Shown here: one piece after another, positions 18,206 to 28,147 of the stretch
Position numbering within the stretch: the first letter of the stretch is position 1
How the letters are laid out: each line of letters starts with the position of its first letter
Assembly (NCBI GenBank): GCA_965197585.1
Contig: OZ240215.1
Location: 1,632,001-1,696,000, forward strand
Source of the DNA: Dehalococcoidia bacterium
GTDB taxonomy: Bacteria > Chloroflexota > Dehalococcoidia > Plut-88900
Length of the DNA stretch: 64,000 nucleotides
Reading direction: 5' to 3'
The notes under the pieces: model-generated
What the model was told of the DNA's origin: nothing
What the model saw: only the letters and a program-made list of their open reading frames with translations
Database searches by the model: none
Position numbers and translations under genes: made by a program

Positions 18206-19432
18206 ATGGCACAAAATGAGTCCTACGTAATTGTTGGAGCGGGTATAGCCGGGGGCACGGCCGCCGAGACCCTCCGAAAACAGGGTTTCGACGGTGAAGT
18301 CCACCTTGTGGGTGCTGAGCCCCACCGGCCCTATGACAGACCACCCCTCTCCAAAGAGTTCCTGAGCGGCGCCAAAGAGGAATCCAAGCTCTTTTTCAAG
18401 ACAGAGGATTTCTACGCTGAACAGTCCATAGAACTACACCTCGGCGCCGAGGCCGCCTCTCTCGATCCATCCTCTCACACCGTGACCCTATCCAACGGCG
18501 AGTCTCTCCACTACGACAAGCTTCTCCTTGCCACGGGGTCGCAGGTCAAAAGGCTGCCCATCTCCGGTTCAAACCTCGACGGCGTCCACTATCTACGCAA
18601 CATTGAGGACTCCAAGGCCATCGCCCAGTCCATGAAAGACGCTGGTAGAGTGGTGGTAGTCGGGGCCGGGTTCATAGGCTCCGAGGTTGCCGCAGTCTGC
18701 AAGACCGCCGGCCTCGAAGTCACCGTCCTTGAAATCCAGCCTCAGCCCATGGCCCACATCCTCGGAGCCGATATGGGCGCAATCTACGCCAACCTCCACA
18801 CGAGCCGGGGCATCGACCTCCGGCTCGGCGAAGGCATCTCCGAAATCCGAGGCCAGTCCCGCGCCCAGCAGGTCATTACAGACAAAGGCAACGCCATCGA
18901 CTGCGATCTCGTAGTCATAGGCGTAGGCATCGCCCCCGACACCTCCCTCGCTGTGACTGCCGGCCTTGATGTCGAAGCGGGCATTCTCATCGACGAGCAC
19001 TGCCGCACCTCCGACCCCAACATATTCGCAGCTGGGGACGTGGCTAACTGGTTCCACCCCGGCCTCGGCCATCGGATCCGTGTCGAGCATTGGGACAATG
19101 CCCTTAATCAGGGCGCTGCAGCGGCAAAGTCCATGCTCGGCAACCCCGAGGCCTACGCCCCAGTCCTCTACTTCTGGTCCGACCAGTACGACCTCAATAT
19201 TCAGTACTTGGGCCACGCCACCGAGTGGGACGACATCGCCGTCCGAGGCGACCCTGCGGAGGAGAAGTTCTCAGCCTTCTACCTGAAAGACGGCTCGGTC
19301 CACGGAGCCCTCATCGTCAACAACTTCCGCGACATCAGGCCCACCCGCACCCTCATCGGCCAGAAAACCCCCGTCGACGCCAACTCCCTCTCCGACACAT
19401 CCACCAACCTCAAACAGCTAGCCCGCGGCTAG
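18206..19432 (+). CDS. ferredoxin-NAD(P) reductase (putidaredoxin reductase-like)
   Basis: PYDRPPLSK, LLATG, GAGFIG, AAGD, RVEHW, FWSDQY. Confidence 0.92.
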   Translation: MAQNESYVIVGAGIAGGTAAETLRKQGFDGEVHLVGAEPHRPYDRPPLSKEFLSGAKEESKLFFKTEDFYAEQSIELHLGAEAASLDPSSHTVTLSNGESLHYDKLLLATGSQVKRLPISGSNLDGVHYLRNIEDSKAIAQSMKDAGRVVVVGAGFIGSEVAAVCKTAGLEVTVLEIQPQPMAHILGADMGAIYANLHTSRGIDLRLGEGISEIRGQSRAQQVITDKGNAIDCDLVVIGVGIAPDTSLAVTAGLDVEAGILIDEHCRTSDPNIFAAGDVANWFHPGLGHRIRVEHWDNALNQGAAAAKSMLGNPEAYAPVLYFWSDQYDLNIQYLGHATEWDDIAVRGDPAEEKFSAFYLKDGSVHGALIVNNFRDIRPTRTLIGQKTPVDANSLSDTSTNLKQLARG

Positions 19433-19481
19433 AGTCGCCAAAGTGGGATAAGCGACGGATTCCACTCCCCTATCCTTCGAT

Positions 19482-19612
19482 GAGACCTTTGCACAACCTC
19501 TCGCGGTGGGGCCGGGGCCGCTCGTGCTGAGGCTCTCGAAGTATGAGCGGGGGGAGAGGTCATGTGATCTGGACAGTACAGCAGAGGCAATCTGTAGTTG
19601 TGCAAGAGTCTC
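19482..19612. mobile_element. MITE copy 4 (best conserved, 131 bp)
   Basis: TIRs GAGACCTTTGCACAAC / GTTGTGCAAGAGTCTC (14/16); perfect TCGAT duplication at 19477-19481 and 19613-19617; lies in the loop of a family-C hairpin. Confidence 0.85.
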
Positions 19613-19740
19613 TCGATAGGTCGAGGATGCGCCGAGGCGTTAGAGGGCTAGGGCCGTAGGCTCGCTGAGGAGAGTGAGGGTGAACTCAGAGGTCTAATGG
19701 CCTGGCAATCAATCAGACAGTGCTCACCTGGCAGCCGACC

Positions 19741-20661
19741 TCACCCAAAAATAACCGCCCCACCCAACCCCGCTGCATACATCATCCCCGACTGACCATG
19801 CAGCTTGGCCGTCTTCACCAACCCCATGCTCATCTCCCGCCGGTCTTTCCCCGTCAGCACCCTTCTCGCCGCCAGGAACGCCCAAAGTAGCGACGCCAGC
19901 CCTACCAGCCCCCATATCGAGACCACCCCCGTCACCGCGATTATCACCAGACCGCCGTAGGAAGCCAGCAGAAACCCGACATATATAACCCTTCCCGCCC
20001 CCGGCCCCAGCATCGTCACGAACGTCCTCTTGCCATTCTCCCTGTCCTCGTTCACATCCCTCAGGTTATTGCAGTGCAGAATGGCCGTTACGAGGAAGGC
20101 CACCGGCATCGACCCCCAGAAGGGCGCCCAAGCCAACTCTTGAGTTTGCACGTAGTATGCCGCCACCACCATCAAAGGCCCCATGAAGAAGAAAACCGTC
20201 GCCTCCCCGACTCCCGTGTCCCCCAACGGCTTCGGGCCCGCGCTATATAGCACCGCCACCAAAACGCTCCCCAATCCCACCGCCAGTATCGGCCAGCCGA
20301 CCTCCGTCACTATGTACAACCCCATCCCTATCCCAACCGCAAACGTTGCTATACACCCGATAAGTACCTCCCGCTCCGTAAGCAGCCCCCGAGCCAGCAC
20401 TCTGTGCGGTGCTGGAAACTTCGCTTGCCCGCCCTCCCGACGATGGTCCGCGTACTCATCCGTCAAATTGGTGCCGATCTGTATCGCCAACGACCCGACC
20501 AGCGCAAAAGCAAACAGCAGCCAGTCGAGGCTCACCCGCTCCGCTGCAATCGCGCTTCCCACCAGCACCGGCACCACCGCCGCACTCAGCGAAAACGGCC
20601 TCGATGCCCAGAACCACGCCCGACCGTAGTTCACAGTTCGATTCATCATTACGTTCACCAA
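19741..20661 (-). CDS. menA: 1,4-dihydroxy-2-naphthoate prenyltransferase
   Basis: RPFSL, NLTDEYAD, LYSAGPKP, NNLRDVNEDRENGKRT. Confidence 0.93.
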   Translation of the reverse strand: MVNVMMNRTVNYGRAWFWASRPFSLSAAVVPVLVGSAIAAERVSLDWLLFAFALVGSLAIQIGTNLTDEYADHRREGGQAKFPAPHRVLARGLLTEREVLIGCIATFAVGIGMGLYIVTEVGWPILAVGLGSVLVAVLYSAGPKPLGDTGVGEATVFFFMGPLMVVAAYYVQTQELAWAPFWGSMPVAFLVTAILHCNNLRDVNEDRENGKRTFVTMLGPGAGRVIYVGFLLASYGGLVIIAVTGVVSIWGLVGLASLLWAFLAARRVLTGKDRREMSMGLVKTAKLHGQSGMMYAAGLGGAVIFG

Positions 20662-20665
20662 CCAG

Positions 20666-21469
20666 CTACCAAGGCATATGCCTGTACGGCGAAAAGTCCG
20701 GCTGCCGCTTCTCTAAGAAGGCGTTGCTACCCTCCAGCGCCTCCTCCGAGCCGTAGAACAGGCTGTTCGCACCATGCGCCACCGCTTGCAGGCCATAGAC
20801 CCAGTCCGTCGCCGCGTTGAAGGAGGCCTTGAGCATCCTGAGTGCCGTGGGGCTCTTCTTCAGCATCTCGTTGCACCAGCGCACTGTCTCGGCCTCCAAC
20901 TCCTCCCGTGGCACGACCTTGTTGACCAACCCCATCGCCTCCGCCTCCCTGGCCGTGTACTGCTGGCACATGAACCAGAATTCCCGGGCCTTCTTCTCTC
21001 CGATAATATTCGCCAAGTACACCGCCCCGAACCCTCCGTCAAAGCTCCCGACCTTCGGCCCCGTCTGCCCGAATATCGCCGTCTCGCTCGCTATCGTCAG
21101 GTCGCACAGCACGTGGAGCACGTGCCCTCCGCCTATAGCGTAGCCGTTCACCATGGCTATCACCGGCTTCGGTATCGAGCGCATCGTCCTGTGTAGCTCC
21201 AGTACCTGCATCCGAGTCGACCCCGAGTCGTCCCGATAACCGCCGGGCCCCTTCAACCGCTGGTCTCCCCCCGAGCAGAACGCCCGGTCCCCGACCCCCG
21301 TCAGAACTGCCACTCCCACCTTCTCATCGAACCACGCATCCTTGAACGCGTCCACCATCTCGTCTATGGTGCGGGGCCGGAAAGCGTTCAGCACCTCCGG
21401 ACGGTTAATGGTGATCTTGGCTATGCCGTCGCCTTTTTCGTATATGATGTCTGTATAGGTTGAAGTCAT
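20666..21469 (-). CDS. menB: 1,4-dihydroxy-2-naphthoyl-CoA synthase
   Basis: [39 protein letters not shown]. Confidence 0.97.
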   Translation of the reverse strand: MTSTYTDIIYEKGDGIAKITINRPEVLNAFRPRTIDEMVDAFKDAWFDEKVGVAVLTGVGDRAFCSGGDQRLKGPGGYRDDSGSTRMQVLELHRTMRSIPKPVIAMVNGYAIGGGHVLHVLCDLTIASETAIFGQTGPKVGSFDGGFGAVYLANIIGEKKAREFWFMCQQYTAREAEAMGLVNKVVPREELEAETVRWCNEMLKKSPTALRMLKASFNAATDWVYGLQAVAHGANSLFYGSEEALEGSNAFLEKRQPDFSPYRHMPW

Positions 21470-21537
21470 GTTACCTCCCGGAAGTCAGTTAAATCGAGTG
21501 TGGTAGCTATTTTTGACTCCCCTGCTCACCTGATCTT

Positions 21538-22632
21538 ATGTTAATCACCGGTATCGAATGGCAGAGCGTAGCCGTCCCATTCAAGCGCCCTTTCCGCACG
21601 TCATCGTCCCTAATAGACGCCCGATATAGCTTGTTGGTCCAGATCGAGACCGACAACGGCATCATCGGCCTCGGCGAAGCCCCCGCCTCCCTCACCCGCA
21701 GTCCCGCATCCCTCCGATACCTCGCTACCGCCCTAGAGACCGTTGCCCCTGCCCTGCTCACGAGGCCCCTTGCCTCGACCCCATTTCCCGCCATTCCTCC
21801 ACCCTCTCTCGCCTTCGCCCTTGAGACCGCAGCACTGGACTGTCTTTCCAAATCCGAGGCCAAGCCCCTCGCTGTCTTCCTTGGCGGCTCACCCAGACCT
21901 GTTGAAGTCAACGCCATAATCGGCGAAGCAGCCCCCGCTGAGACGGAATTTCTGGCAACAAAAGCCGTCGAGGAGGGCTTTCGAACCCTCAAGCTCAAGG
22001 TCGGTGGCCGAGACCTCGACGTCGACGAGGACGCCCTAACCCGCACACGCAATGCCGTGGGTGCTGCCGTCAATCTCCGCCTGGATGCCAACCAAGCTTG
22101 GGCCGAGAACCAGGCCTCGCTTGCCCTCGACCGTCTTTCCAAATTCTCCCCCGAGTTCATTGAAGAACCCGTAACCCCACCCGACATCCCAACCCTCTCT
22201 CGACTCCACCTCAACTCCCCCATCCCCATCGCCGCCGACGAGTCCGTCGAGAATGCGCAGTCCGCCGCAACCCTCGCCGAGTCTGGTGCCGTAGACTTCC
22301 TTGTCATCAAGCTCGCAAGAGTCGGCGGTATCACCGCTGCCCGCTCTATTATCGAGCACGCCCAAGTCCGTGGCTTGGGGGCCGTGCTTACTTCCTCTCT
22401 GGAAACAGGCGTCGGTCTGGCCGCCGCGTTACATTTAGCAGCTGCACTAAACATCCCCCAAGCCTGCGGCCTGGCCACCGGGCCCCTACTCACCCACGAC
22501 CTCCTCCAAGCGCCCCTTTCCCCCGACAGCGGCTTCCTCATCACCCCCGACTCCCCCGGACTCGGCATCTCCCCCGACCTCGATGCTATCCAACACTTTG
22601 CCCTCGGGCCTCGCGGGCAAGTCCGGCTGTAG
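21538..22632 (+). CDS. menC: o-succinylbenzoate synthase (enolase superfamily)
   Basis: KLKVG, LRLDANQAW, EEP, AADES, VIK; position within men cluster. Confidence 0.88.
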   Translation: MLITGIEWQSVAVPFKRPFRTSSSLIDARYSLLVQIETDNGIIGLGEAPASLTRSPASLRYLATALETVAPALLTRPLASTPFPAIPPPSLAFALETAALDCLSKSEAKPLAVFLGGSPRPVEVNAIIGEAAPAETEFLATKAVEEGFRTLKLKVGGRDLDVDEDALTRTRNAVGAAVNLRLDANQAWAENQASLALDRLSKFSPEFIEEPVTPPDIPTLSRLHLNSPIPIAADESVENAQSAATLAESGAVDFLVIKLARVGGITAARSIIEHAQVRGLGAVLTSSLETGVGLAAALHLAAALNIPQACGLATGPLLTHDLLQAPLSPDSGFLITPDSPGLGISPDLDAIQHFALGPRGQVRL

Positions 22633-23464
22633 ACCCGTTATAGCGGTTCCCGTCTAAGGCGTTTAGGAACTCGCAAACCTTGGTCTCAAACTCTTTCGGA
22701 TTCTCCAGGTGAGCACAGTGACCCGCGTTCGGAATCGAAGCGTAGTCGCCGATGGGAGTCAGTTCACTCATGGTTCGGGCCAACGTCAGGAACTTCTGGT
22801 CATCCTCACCCGCAAGGAACAGTGTCGGCTTCCGAAATTCCGGAAGACGATGGTAAACGGTGGGCTGCGCCCCGGTCCCCATCCCCCTGAGACTGTTGGC
22901 CAGCCCCGTGGCCCGATTCCCCAGCCTCTGCCGCCTCAACTCCATTCGTACCCGCTCTTCCATCCGATCTTGGCTGGCAAAAAGGGCCTGAGACTCCCAG
23001 TGTTCGACAAAGGACGCTACGCCCCGGTCCTCTATCCGAATAGCAAGCGCCCTGTCCGCTGACACCCTCGTCGCCCTCTCCCGTTCACTACCTATTCCCC
23101 CTGAAGCCCCCTCCAGAATCAACGCCCGGCATCGCTCCGGTGCGGTCGTGCCCAGGCATAGTCCAACCCGCCCACCCATCGAATATCCCAGCCAGACCGC
23201 TTCATTTATTTTGAGATGATCGGCTAGGGCGAGCAGATCATCGACACACCGCTCCATCGAATATCTCGCTGGGTCTTCCGGCGCATCCGACTCCCCATGC
23301 CCTATCAGATCGACCAGTACCGTCGTGTACCGTCCCCCGAGTGTCCCAGCCAATGGGCGCCAGGTGCTCAAGTCGCCCGTGAAGCCGTGAAGCATGACCA
23401 AGGGTGGACCCTGTCCTTCAACCTCCACGTTCAACCGGATCCCGTTGACTGGCACAAGCGCCAC
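22586..23464 (-). CDS. menH: SHCHC synthase (alpha/beta hydrolase)
   Basis: LHGFTG, GYSMGGR, GLANSLRGMGTG, GHCAHLE; start set at GTG 2 nt after menD stop. Confidence 0.9.
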   Translation of the reverse strand: MALVPVNGIRLNVEVEGQGPPLVMLHGFTGDLSTWRPLAGTLGGRYTTVLVDLIGHGESDAPEDPARYSMERCVDDLLALADHLKINEAVWLGYSMGGRVGLCLGTTAPERCRALILEGASGGIGSERERATRVSADRALAIRIEDRGVASFVEHWESQALFASQDRMEERVRMELRRQRLGNRATGLANSLRGMGTGAQPTVYHRLPEFRKPTLFLAGEDDQKFLTLARTMSELTPIGDYASIPNAGHCAHLENPKEFETKVCEFLNALDGNRYNGSTAGLAREARGQSVG

Positions 23465-23466
23465 GG

Positions 23467-25218
23467 CTAACCCCTCTCCACGCTGCGGAGCGCATCCGAG
23501 GCCGCGGCCCACGCTTCTCGATGCAGAGCCACGTTCCGCTCCCGGGAACTCGGGACCTCAATGATCGACGTTCCTATGTCGGCAGTTCCCCGATCCACGG
23601 CTTCACCAAACTCCTCCCACGTCGAGACCCGCGTGTACTCCAATCCATACAACTCCGCCACTGACCCAAACGTCAGCCCGTGCGGCGTCCCGTAAACCTT
23701 TTCAAAATGTGCCGGGTGCTCAGCCTGGGGCAGGAATGAAAATATGCCCCCACCATCGTTGTTCACGACCACAATGGTCGCGTTTATCTCACTGTTCCTG
23801 GTCATAAGCAGTCCCGTCATGTCGTGGAAAAAGGATAGGTCGCCTACCACCGCCACCACCGGCCTCCTCGCCCCGCCCCCCGCCCCTAACGCCGTCGATA
23901 TCACCCCGTCGATGCCGCTCGCCCCCCGATTCCCCATTACCCTGATATTTCGATGCGAAGCAGGCATGAACGTGTCCATATCCCTCACCGGCATACTGTT
24001 CCCTGCAAACAGGATCGTAGATGCGGGGATGTGCTCTTGGATTTCGTGAAAGATCTTCCCCTCGAAAAGCTCGTCTAACCCTGCCATATGTCCCCCCGCC
24101 CCCTCCCCGACAGATCGGCCGAAACCGACCCACTCGTCGAGCCACGGGGACCCGCCGTCCCGCCCACCGCCACCCGCGGCCAGCCCACGGCAAAAGGTTA
24201 CCGGATCCACCTGCACTACGTCTGCGGCTAAATGATGCGGGTCCGGCCAGCCGGTCTCTGGCACCAGCACGTGCCGTGCGTCCCTGAATCGTGTAAGGAA
24301 CGTGCCCAACGACTTGGAAGTCGGCCAGGCCCCGAACCGCAGCACCACCTCCGGCTCGAGCCTCTCCCACAAACCCTGGTCGCGCAGTATCAAATCGTAG
24401 ACGCTAATAACCTGTGAAATATCATGCGTCCCGCACCTGACTTGCGATAGCGGATCGGCAAGAATCGGATACCCTAGGCTCCGCGCCGCCTCCGACACCG
24501 CTCCCGTCAGCTCCGGATTGCTCTGCGGCCCGCAAACGATCAACCCCCGCTCAACCCCCTCCAACCTCGCCCCGGCTTCCCTCCCCGCCTCCCATCCATC
24601 CGGTGCACCCGCGACCTCTACGTCATCCAAAATTCCCCCACCCCCGGATACCTCAATCTCCTCTCCTGTGATGGCAACTGGAGCCAACGGCTCACGAAAC
24701 GGCACGTTAAGGTGCACCGGCCCCGACGGATAGCCTGCAGCCGTGGCATAAGCCCTCCGCCCGATGGCCAAGGCGTAGTCTGTGAGCCGAACGTTCGCTT
24801 CCGGGACTGGCAGGTCGGCGGCCCACTTCACGTGCGCACCGTAGATTCTGCTTTGCTCGATGGTCTGGTTGGCCCCCCAGTCCACCAGCTCCGAAGGTCG
24901 GTCCGCCGTAATCACTATAAGAGGCGCCCCCGTCAGCCGAGCCTCGACTACCGCAGGCAGCAAATTTGCCGTCGCCGTCCCGGATGTGGTCATAACCGCA
25001 ACTGGCCTCTTAGACCCCTTGGCAATTCCCAGTGCAAAGAAACCCGCAGAGCGTTCGTCAAGGTGCACCCAGGTCTTAATGGCGGTGCTCCTGGCAAAAG
25101 TAATCGCAAGCGGCCCCGACCGAGACCCGGGGCACATGACCACATCTCGTAACCCGGCCGACGCCAACCCCTCCCCCAGACCCCCCGCCATTGCGTAATT
25201 CCGGTTCTCCGTCTTCAT
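23467..25218 (-). CDS. menD: SEPHCHC synthase (ThDP-dependent)
   Basis: CPGSRS, DERSAGF, TSGTA, NRGASGIDG, GDLSFFHD, NNDGGGIF; ancestral ATG at 25218 (duplicated by MITE), in-frame alternative GTG at 25248. Confidence 0.96.
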   Translation of the reverse strand: MKTENRNYAMAGGLGEGLASAGLRDVVMCPGSRSGPLAITFARSTAIKTWVHLDERSAGFFALGIAKGSKRPVAVMTTSGTATANLLPAVVEARLTGAPLIVITADRPSELVDWGANQTIEQSRIYGAHVKWAADLPVPEANVRLTDYALAIGRRAYATAAGYPSGPVHLNVPFREPLAPVAITGEEIEVSGGGGILDDVEVAGAPDGWEAGREAGARLEGVERGLIVCGPQSNPELTGAVSEAARSLGYPILADPLSQVRCGTHDISQVISVYDLILRDQGLWERLEPEVVLRFGAWPTSKSLGTFLTRFRDARHVLVPETGWPDPHHLAADVVQVDPVTFCRGLAAGGGGRDGGSPWLDEWVGFGRSVGEGAGGHMAGLDELFEGKIFHEIQEHIPASTILFAGNSMPVRDMDTFMPASHRNIRVMGNRGASGIDGVISTALGAGGGARRPVVAVVGDLSFFHDMTGLLMTRNSEINATIVVVNNDGGGIFSFLPQAEHPAHFEKVYGTPHGLTFGSVAELYGLEYTRVSTWEEFGEAVDRGTADIGTSIIEVPSSRERNVALHREAWAAASDALRSVERG

Positions 25219-25392
25219 GAGGCCTTTGCGTAACTCGGCACTTAACACTCAGAGGGACTATATGCCCTTGCTCGGGGGTGGGGCCGGAATCCGCTCACCC
25301 TGTCGAAGATCCGCCTAGGCGGGAGCAGGGTCGAAAGGTCAAGCGGATTCCGGGCGGGGTTCCCATTTGTTGACAAGTTGCGCACAGGTCTC
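25219..25392. mobile_element. MITE copy 5 (174 bp) inserted at the menD start codon
   Basis: TIRs GAGGCCTTTGCGTAAC / GTTGCGCACAGGTCTC; perfect TTCAT duplication at 25214-25218 and 25393-25397; internal hairpin A with 21-nt insert. Confidence 0.85.
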
Positions 25393-25399
25393 TTCATGC

Positions 25400-26728
25400 C
25401 TAACCCAAATTCAGAGCTTCCTTTAGACCGAGCATCTTCAGCTCCGTCTCCGCAAACTCCCTCTTCGCGTCAGATCCTTCCACGATTCCCGCCCCCGCGT
25501 ACAGATAAGCCCGGTCTTCCGTAATTAACCCGGACCTGATAGCTATGGCAAACTCCCCCCGACCCTTGTGGTCCATCCACCCCACAGGCCCCGAGTACCA
25601 TCCTCGGTCCATCTCCTCTAGCTCCTGGATCAAGGCCAAAGCCTTCCAGGTGGGAACACCGGCCACGGCGGGAGTCGGGTGCAACGCCTCAACAAATTCC
25701 AGGATGTCCCGACGCTGGTCATTGGCACCGTGGAACGCAGTAGACAGATGCTGCACATTCTTCAGTTTCGACAGTCGCGGTGTCGAGTCCCATGTAAGCT
25801 CATCACACAGCCCGCTCAAAGCCTGCTCGACCGAACTGGCCGCAAGATAGTGCTCCCGCTGCTCCTTCGGATCGTTTAATAGCGCCTCGCCCAGCTTCCT
25901 GTCTTGCTCCGCCGTCACACCCCGGGCCGCCGACCCCGCATGGCATATGCACTCTAGCTTTCCATCGGCGAGGGTCACCAGTGGTTCGGGACTGGCGCCC
26001 AGAAAAGTGTCCGGCCCAACCCCGAATGAGAATACCGAGCACCTTGCCTCGCCATCCATCAATCGTTCCAATGTCCCCGGCACGTCCATCTCTCCCGACC
26101 CATCCACCGCAGCCCTACGCGCGATCACTACCTTGTCCGCCTCCCCCGACCTCACCGACTCCAACGCCCCTTCCACCGAACGCGTCCATAGGTTTGCCAT
26201 GCCCGAATTAACTACAGGGTCAGCATCGTGCACGGACGTAAATAGGGTTTCCGCCCCGTTGGAAGATAGCAGTCGATTCTCGGTCACCCAGCACCCGTCG
26301 GGAGTCCACGCGTAGCACACCCGGGGCACGACCATCATCCCGTCGGCAAACCTCCTCCATTCAGGAGATTCCTGCGCCTCGGCATCAAACCGGAACCCCC
26401 CGAGGGCCATTGGCCCCGTCCCGGCAACATCCGGCCCCTGAACCACCGCTTCCTCAATCAGGTCGCGGTACCACTCCCTCACCCGCATAAACCTGTCCGC
26501 CCCCGACACCTTGACCCCGCACGCTACCCCCAACCCCACAATAACCAGGTCCCGGTCCCGCTGGGCCCAGAACACCCGAAACTCCTCGCCGGGCTCCGCG
26601 TTTCGGTAAACCTCCGTTGGGCTCGCTTCCTGCCGAAGCAAGCGCGACCGGCTAACGAGTCCGGGCCCGTACTCGGCTCGTGACAACGTGGACGGGCCAA
26701 GAGTGGATGTCCGGGAATTGGGACTCAT
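25400..26728 (-). CDS. menF: isochorismate synthase
   Basis: KVVIAR, FLGASPE, KEQREH, LHPTPAVAG, RGWYSGPVGW, AGAGIV. Confidence 0.93.
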   Translation of the reverse strand: MSPNSRTSTLGPSTLSRAEYGPGLVSRSRLLRQEASPTEVYRNAEPGEEFRVFWAQRDRDLVIVGLGVACGVKVSGADRFMRVREWYRDLIEEAVVQGPDVAGTGPMALGGFRFDAEAQESPEWRRFADGMMVVPRVCYAWTPDGCWVTENRLLSSNGAETLFTSVHDADPVVNSGMANLWTRSVEGALESVRSGEADKVVIARRAAVDGSGEMDVPGTLERLMDGEARCSVFSFGVGPDTFLGASPEPLVTLADGKLECICHAGSAARGVTAEQDRKLGEALLNDPKEQREHYLAASSVEQALSGLCDELTWDSTPRLSKLKNVQHLSTAFHGANDQRRDILEFVEALHPTPAVAGVPTWKALALIQELEEMDRGWYSGPVGWMDHKGRGEFAIAIRSGLITEDRAYLYAGAGIVEGSDAKREFAETELKMLGLKEALNLG

Positions 26729-27372
26729 ACCGCCGCCTCTTCCGTTTTTGTTACGCGCCCCCCGACCGCCTCTCCCTCCCCCGCCTGAACTCCTATGCCA
26801 TTCATAAGCAATTCACGAACGGCGGGCGCACTTTCCATCAGGGGCGACGGCTTGTCTCGCAGAAGCCACCTGAGGATTATCTCGTTTAGCGCCCCCAACC
26901 ACAGCTGCGAAACCAGGCTCGTATCTACCGGCCTGATCGCCCCTGCCTCCACCGCCGCATCCAGCTCCCGGCGAATCAGCCCCGCGAATTTGTCCCGTAT
27001 CGGCAGGAACTTGCGGTCCATCGCGCGCCCCTGCCCCACGATGTTTACCATCAGTATCTGGGCCAGCTTCCTCTGCTTGGAGAAGGTGGAAAGCAGCGCG
27101 TCTATCGCCAGCGGTATCCTCTTCAGTGGGTCGGTCTCCGACGCTATGGACCGCTCCAACTTCCTGACCAGTTTCTCGCTCAACTGGTCGACAAGGCCGA
27201 GCGCCATCTGCTCCTTGCTTGGAAAGTGGAAGTAAAAGCTGCCCTTGGATGTCCCCGACTGCTGGACTATCTCGTCCACGTTGGAGTTGTAGTAACCCCG
27301 CCGTGCAAAGAGACTCGCCGCTGCATTCAGGATGCGCTCGCGTGCGGTGCGGGTTTCGGTTCTAGCAGTCAT
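26725..27372 (-). CDS. TetR-family transcriptional regulator
   Basis: HTH ...SKGSFYFHFPSKE; ATGA overlap with menF. Confidence 0.93.
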   Translation of the reverse strand: MTARTETRTARERILNAAASLFARRGYYNSNVDEIVQQSGTSKGSFYFHFPSKEQMALGLVDQLSEKLVRKLERSIASETDPLKRIPLAIDALLSTFSKQRKLAQILMVNIVGQGRAMDRKFLPIRDKFAGLIRRELDAAVEAGAIRPVDTSLVSQLWLGALNEIILRWLLRDKPSPLMESAPAVRELLMNGIGVQAGEGEAVGGRVTKTEEAAV

Positions 27373-27392
27373 TGTAGACGACTCCCAACACT

Positions 27393-27447
27393 AGACCGAC
27401 CGGTCTGTTTACTCCGTCAGTCTATAGGGAGACAATCTAGTCGTCAA
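27393..27447 (-). promoter_or_regulatory. sigma70 promoter (TTGACG-N17-TAGACT) plus palindromic operator AGACCG-AC-CGGTCT
   Basis: -35 at 27442-27447, -10 at 27419-27424, perfect 6-2-6 inverted repeat at 27393-27406 just downstream of the predicted TSS. Confidence 0.7.
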
Positions 27448-27458
27448 CCGATATCGGA

Positions 27459-28130
27459 CTACTGCACCGTCCCAGCGACCAGATACTCGGCCAACGCCCG
27501 CTCTATGATCCGTTTCACGTTGTACGCCACGTAGCCCCTCTCCACCGACGCCTCGATTGCAGTCTGGGCCTCGGCGGACATATCAAGCATCGAGTAGGCA
27601 ATCGCCTGTCCCACATAAGCCTTCCCCAGATCCGCGTCCAGCCCGATGGCCTTGTCAAAGTCCTCCAATGCTAATCCCGGGAGCCCCATTTCGATGTACA
27701 TGCTGCCCCGGTTGGCGAATGCCTGCGCGTTCCCCGCGTCACGCTCCACAACTTCCGTGTAGTCCGACACCGCGTCCTGCGGTCTTCGAAGCTGGGAATA
27801 TGCAAACGCCCTGTTGTAATAGGCAGCGACCCTCTCAGGGTCTAGTGCTAATGCCTCGTCGTAATCGTCGATGGCGTCATTCCATCGCTTTGTTGCCAGC
27901 CAAGCGAGACCCCTGTCGAAATAGGCGTCTGAGAATTCTGGATCGGCGCGTATGGCTTTGGTGAACGCCGCAATGGAGGCCCCTAGTTGGCCCTTGCTGA
28001 AGAGCTCCTCGCCCTCCCGATAATGCGCCAGTGCAGCCTCAGACTCGGTATCCGGGCCTCGAGCGCCCTCCCCACCCCCACACGCGATTAACAGCAGGAG
28101 GCAGATCCCGGCCAGAACGAGTTTCAGCAT
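27459..28130 (-). CDS. TPR-repeat lipoprotein
   Basis: LIAC lipobox; repeats AY.NRG.A...A..DY..A..LDP. Confidence 0.85.
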   Translation of the reverse strand: MLKLVLAGICLLLLIACGGGEGARGPDTESEAALAHYREGEELFSKGQLGASIAAFTKAIRADPEFSDAYFDRGLAWLATKRWNDAIDDYDEALALDPERVAAYYNRAFAYSQLRRPQDAVSDYTEVVERDAGNAQAFANRGSMYIEMGLPGLALEDFDKAIGLDADLGKAYVGQAIAYSMLDMSAEAQTAIEASVERGYVAYNVKRIIERALAEYLVAGTVQ

Positions 28131-28147
28131 CCCACTGATCGGGACCG

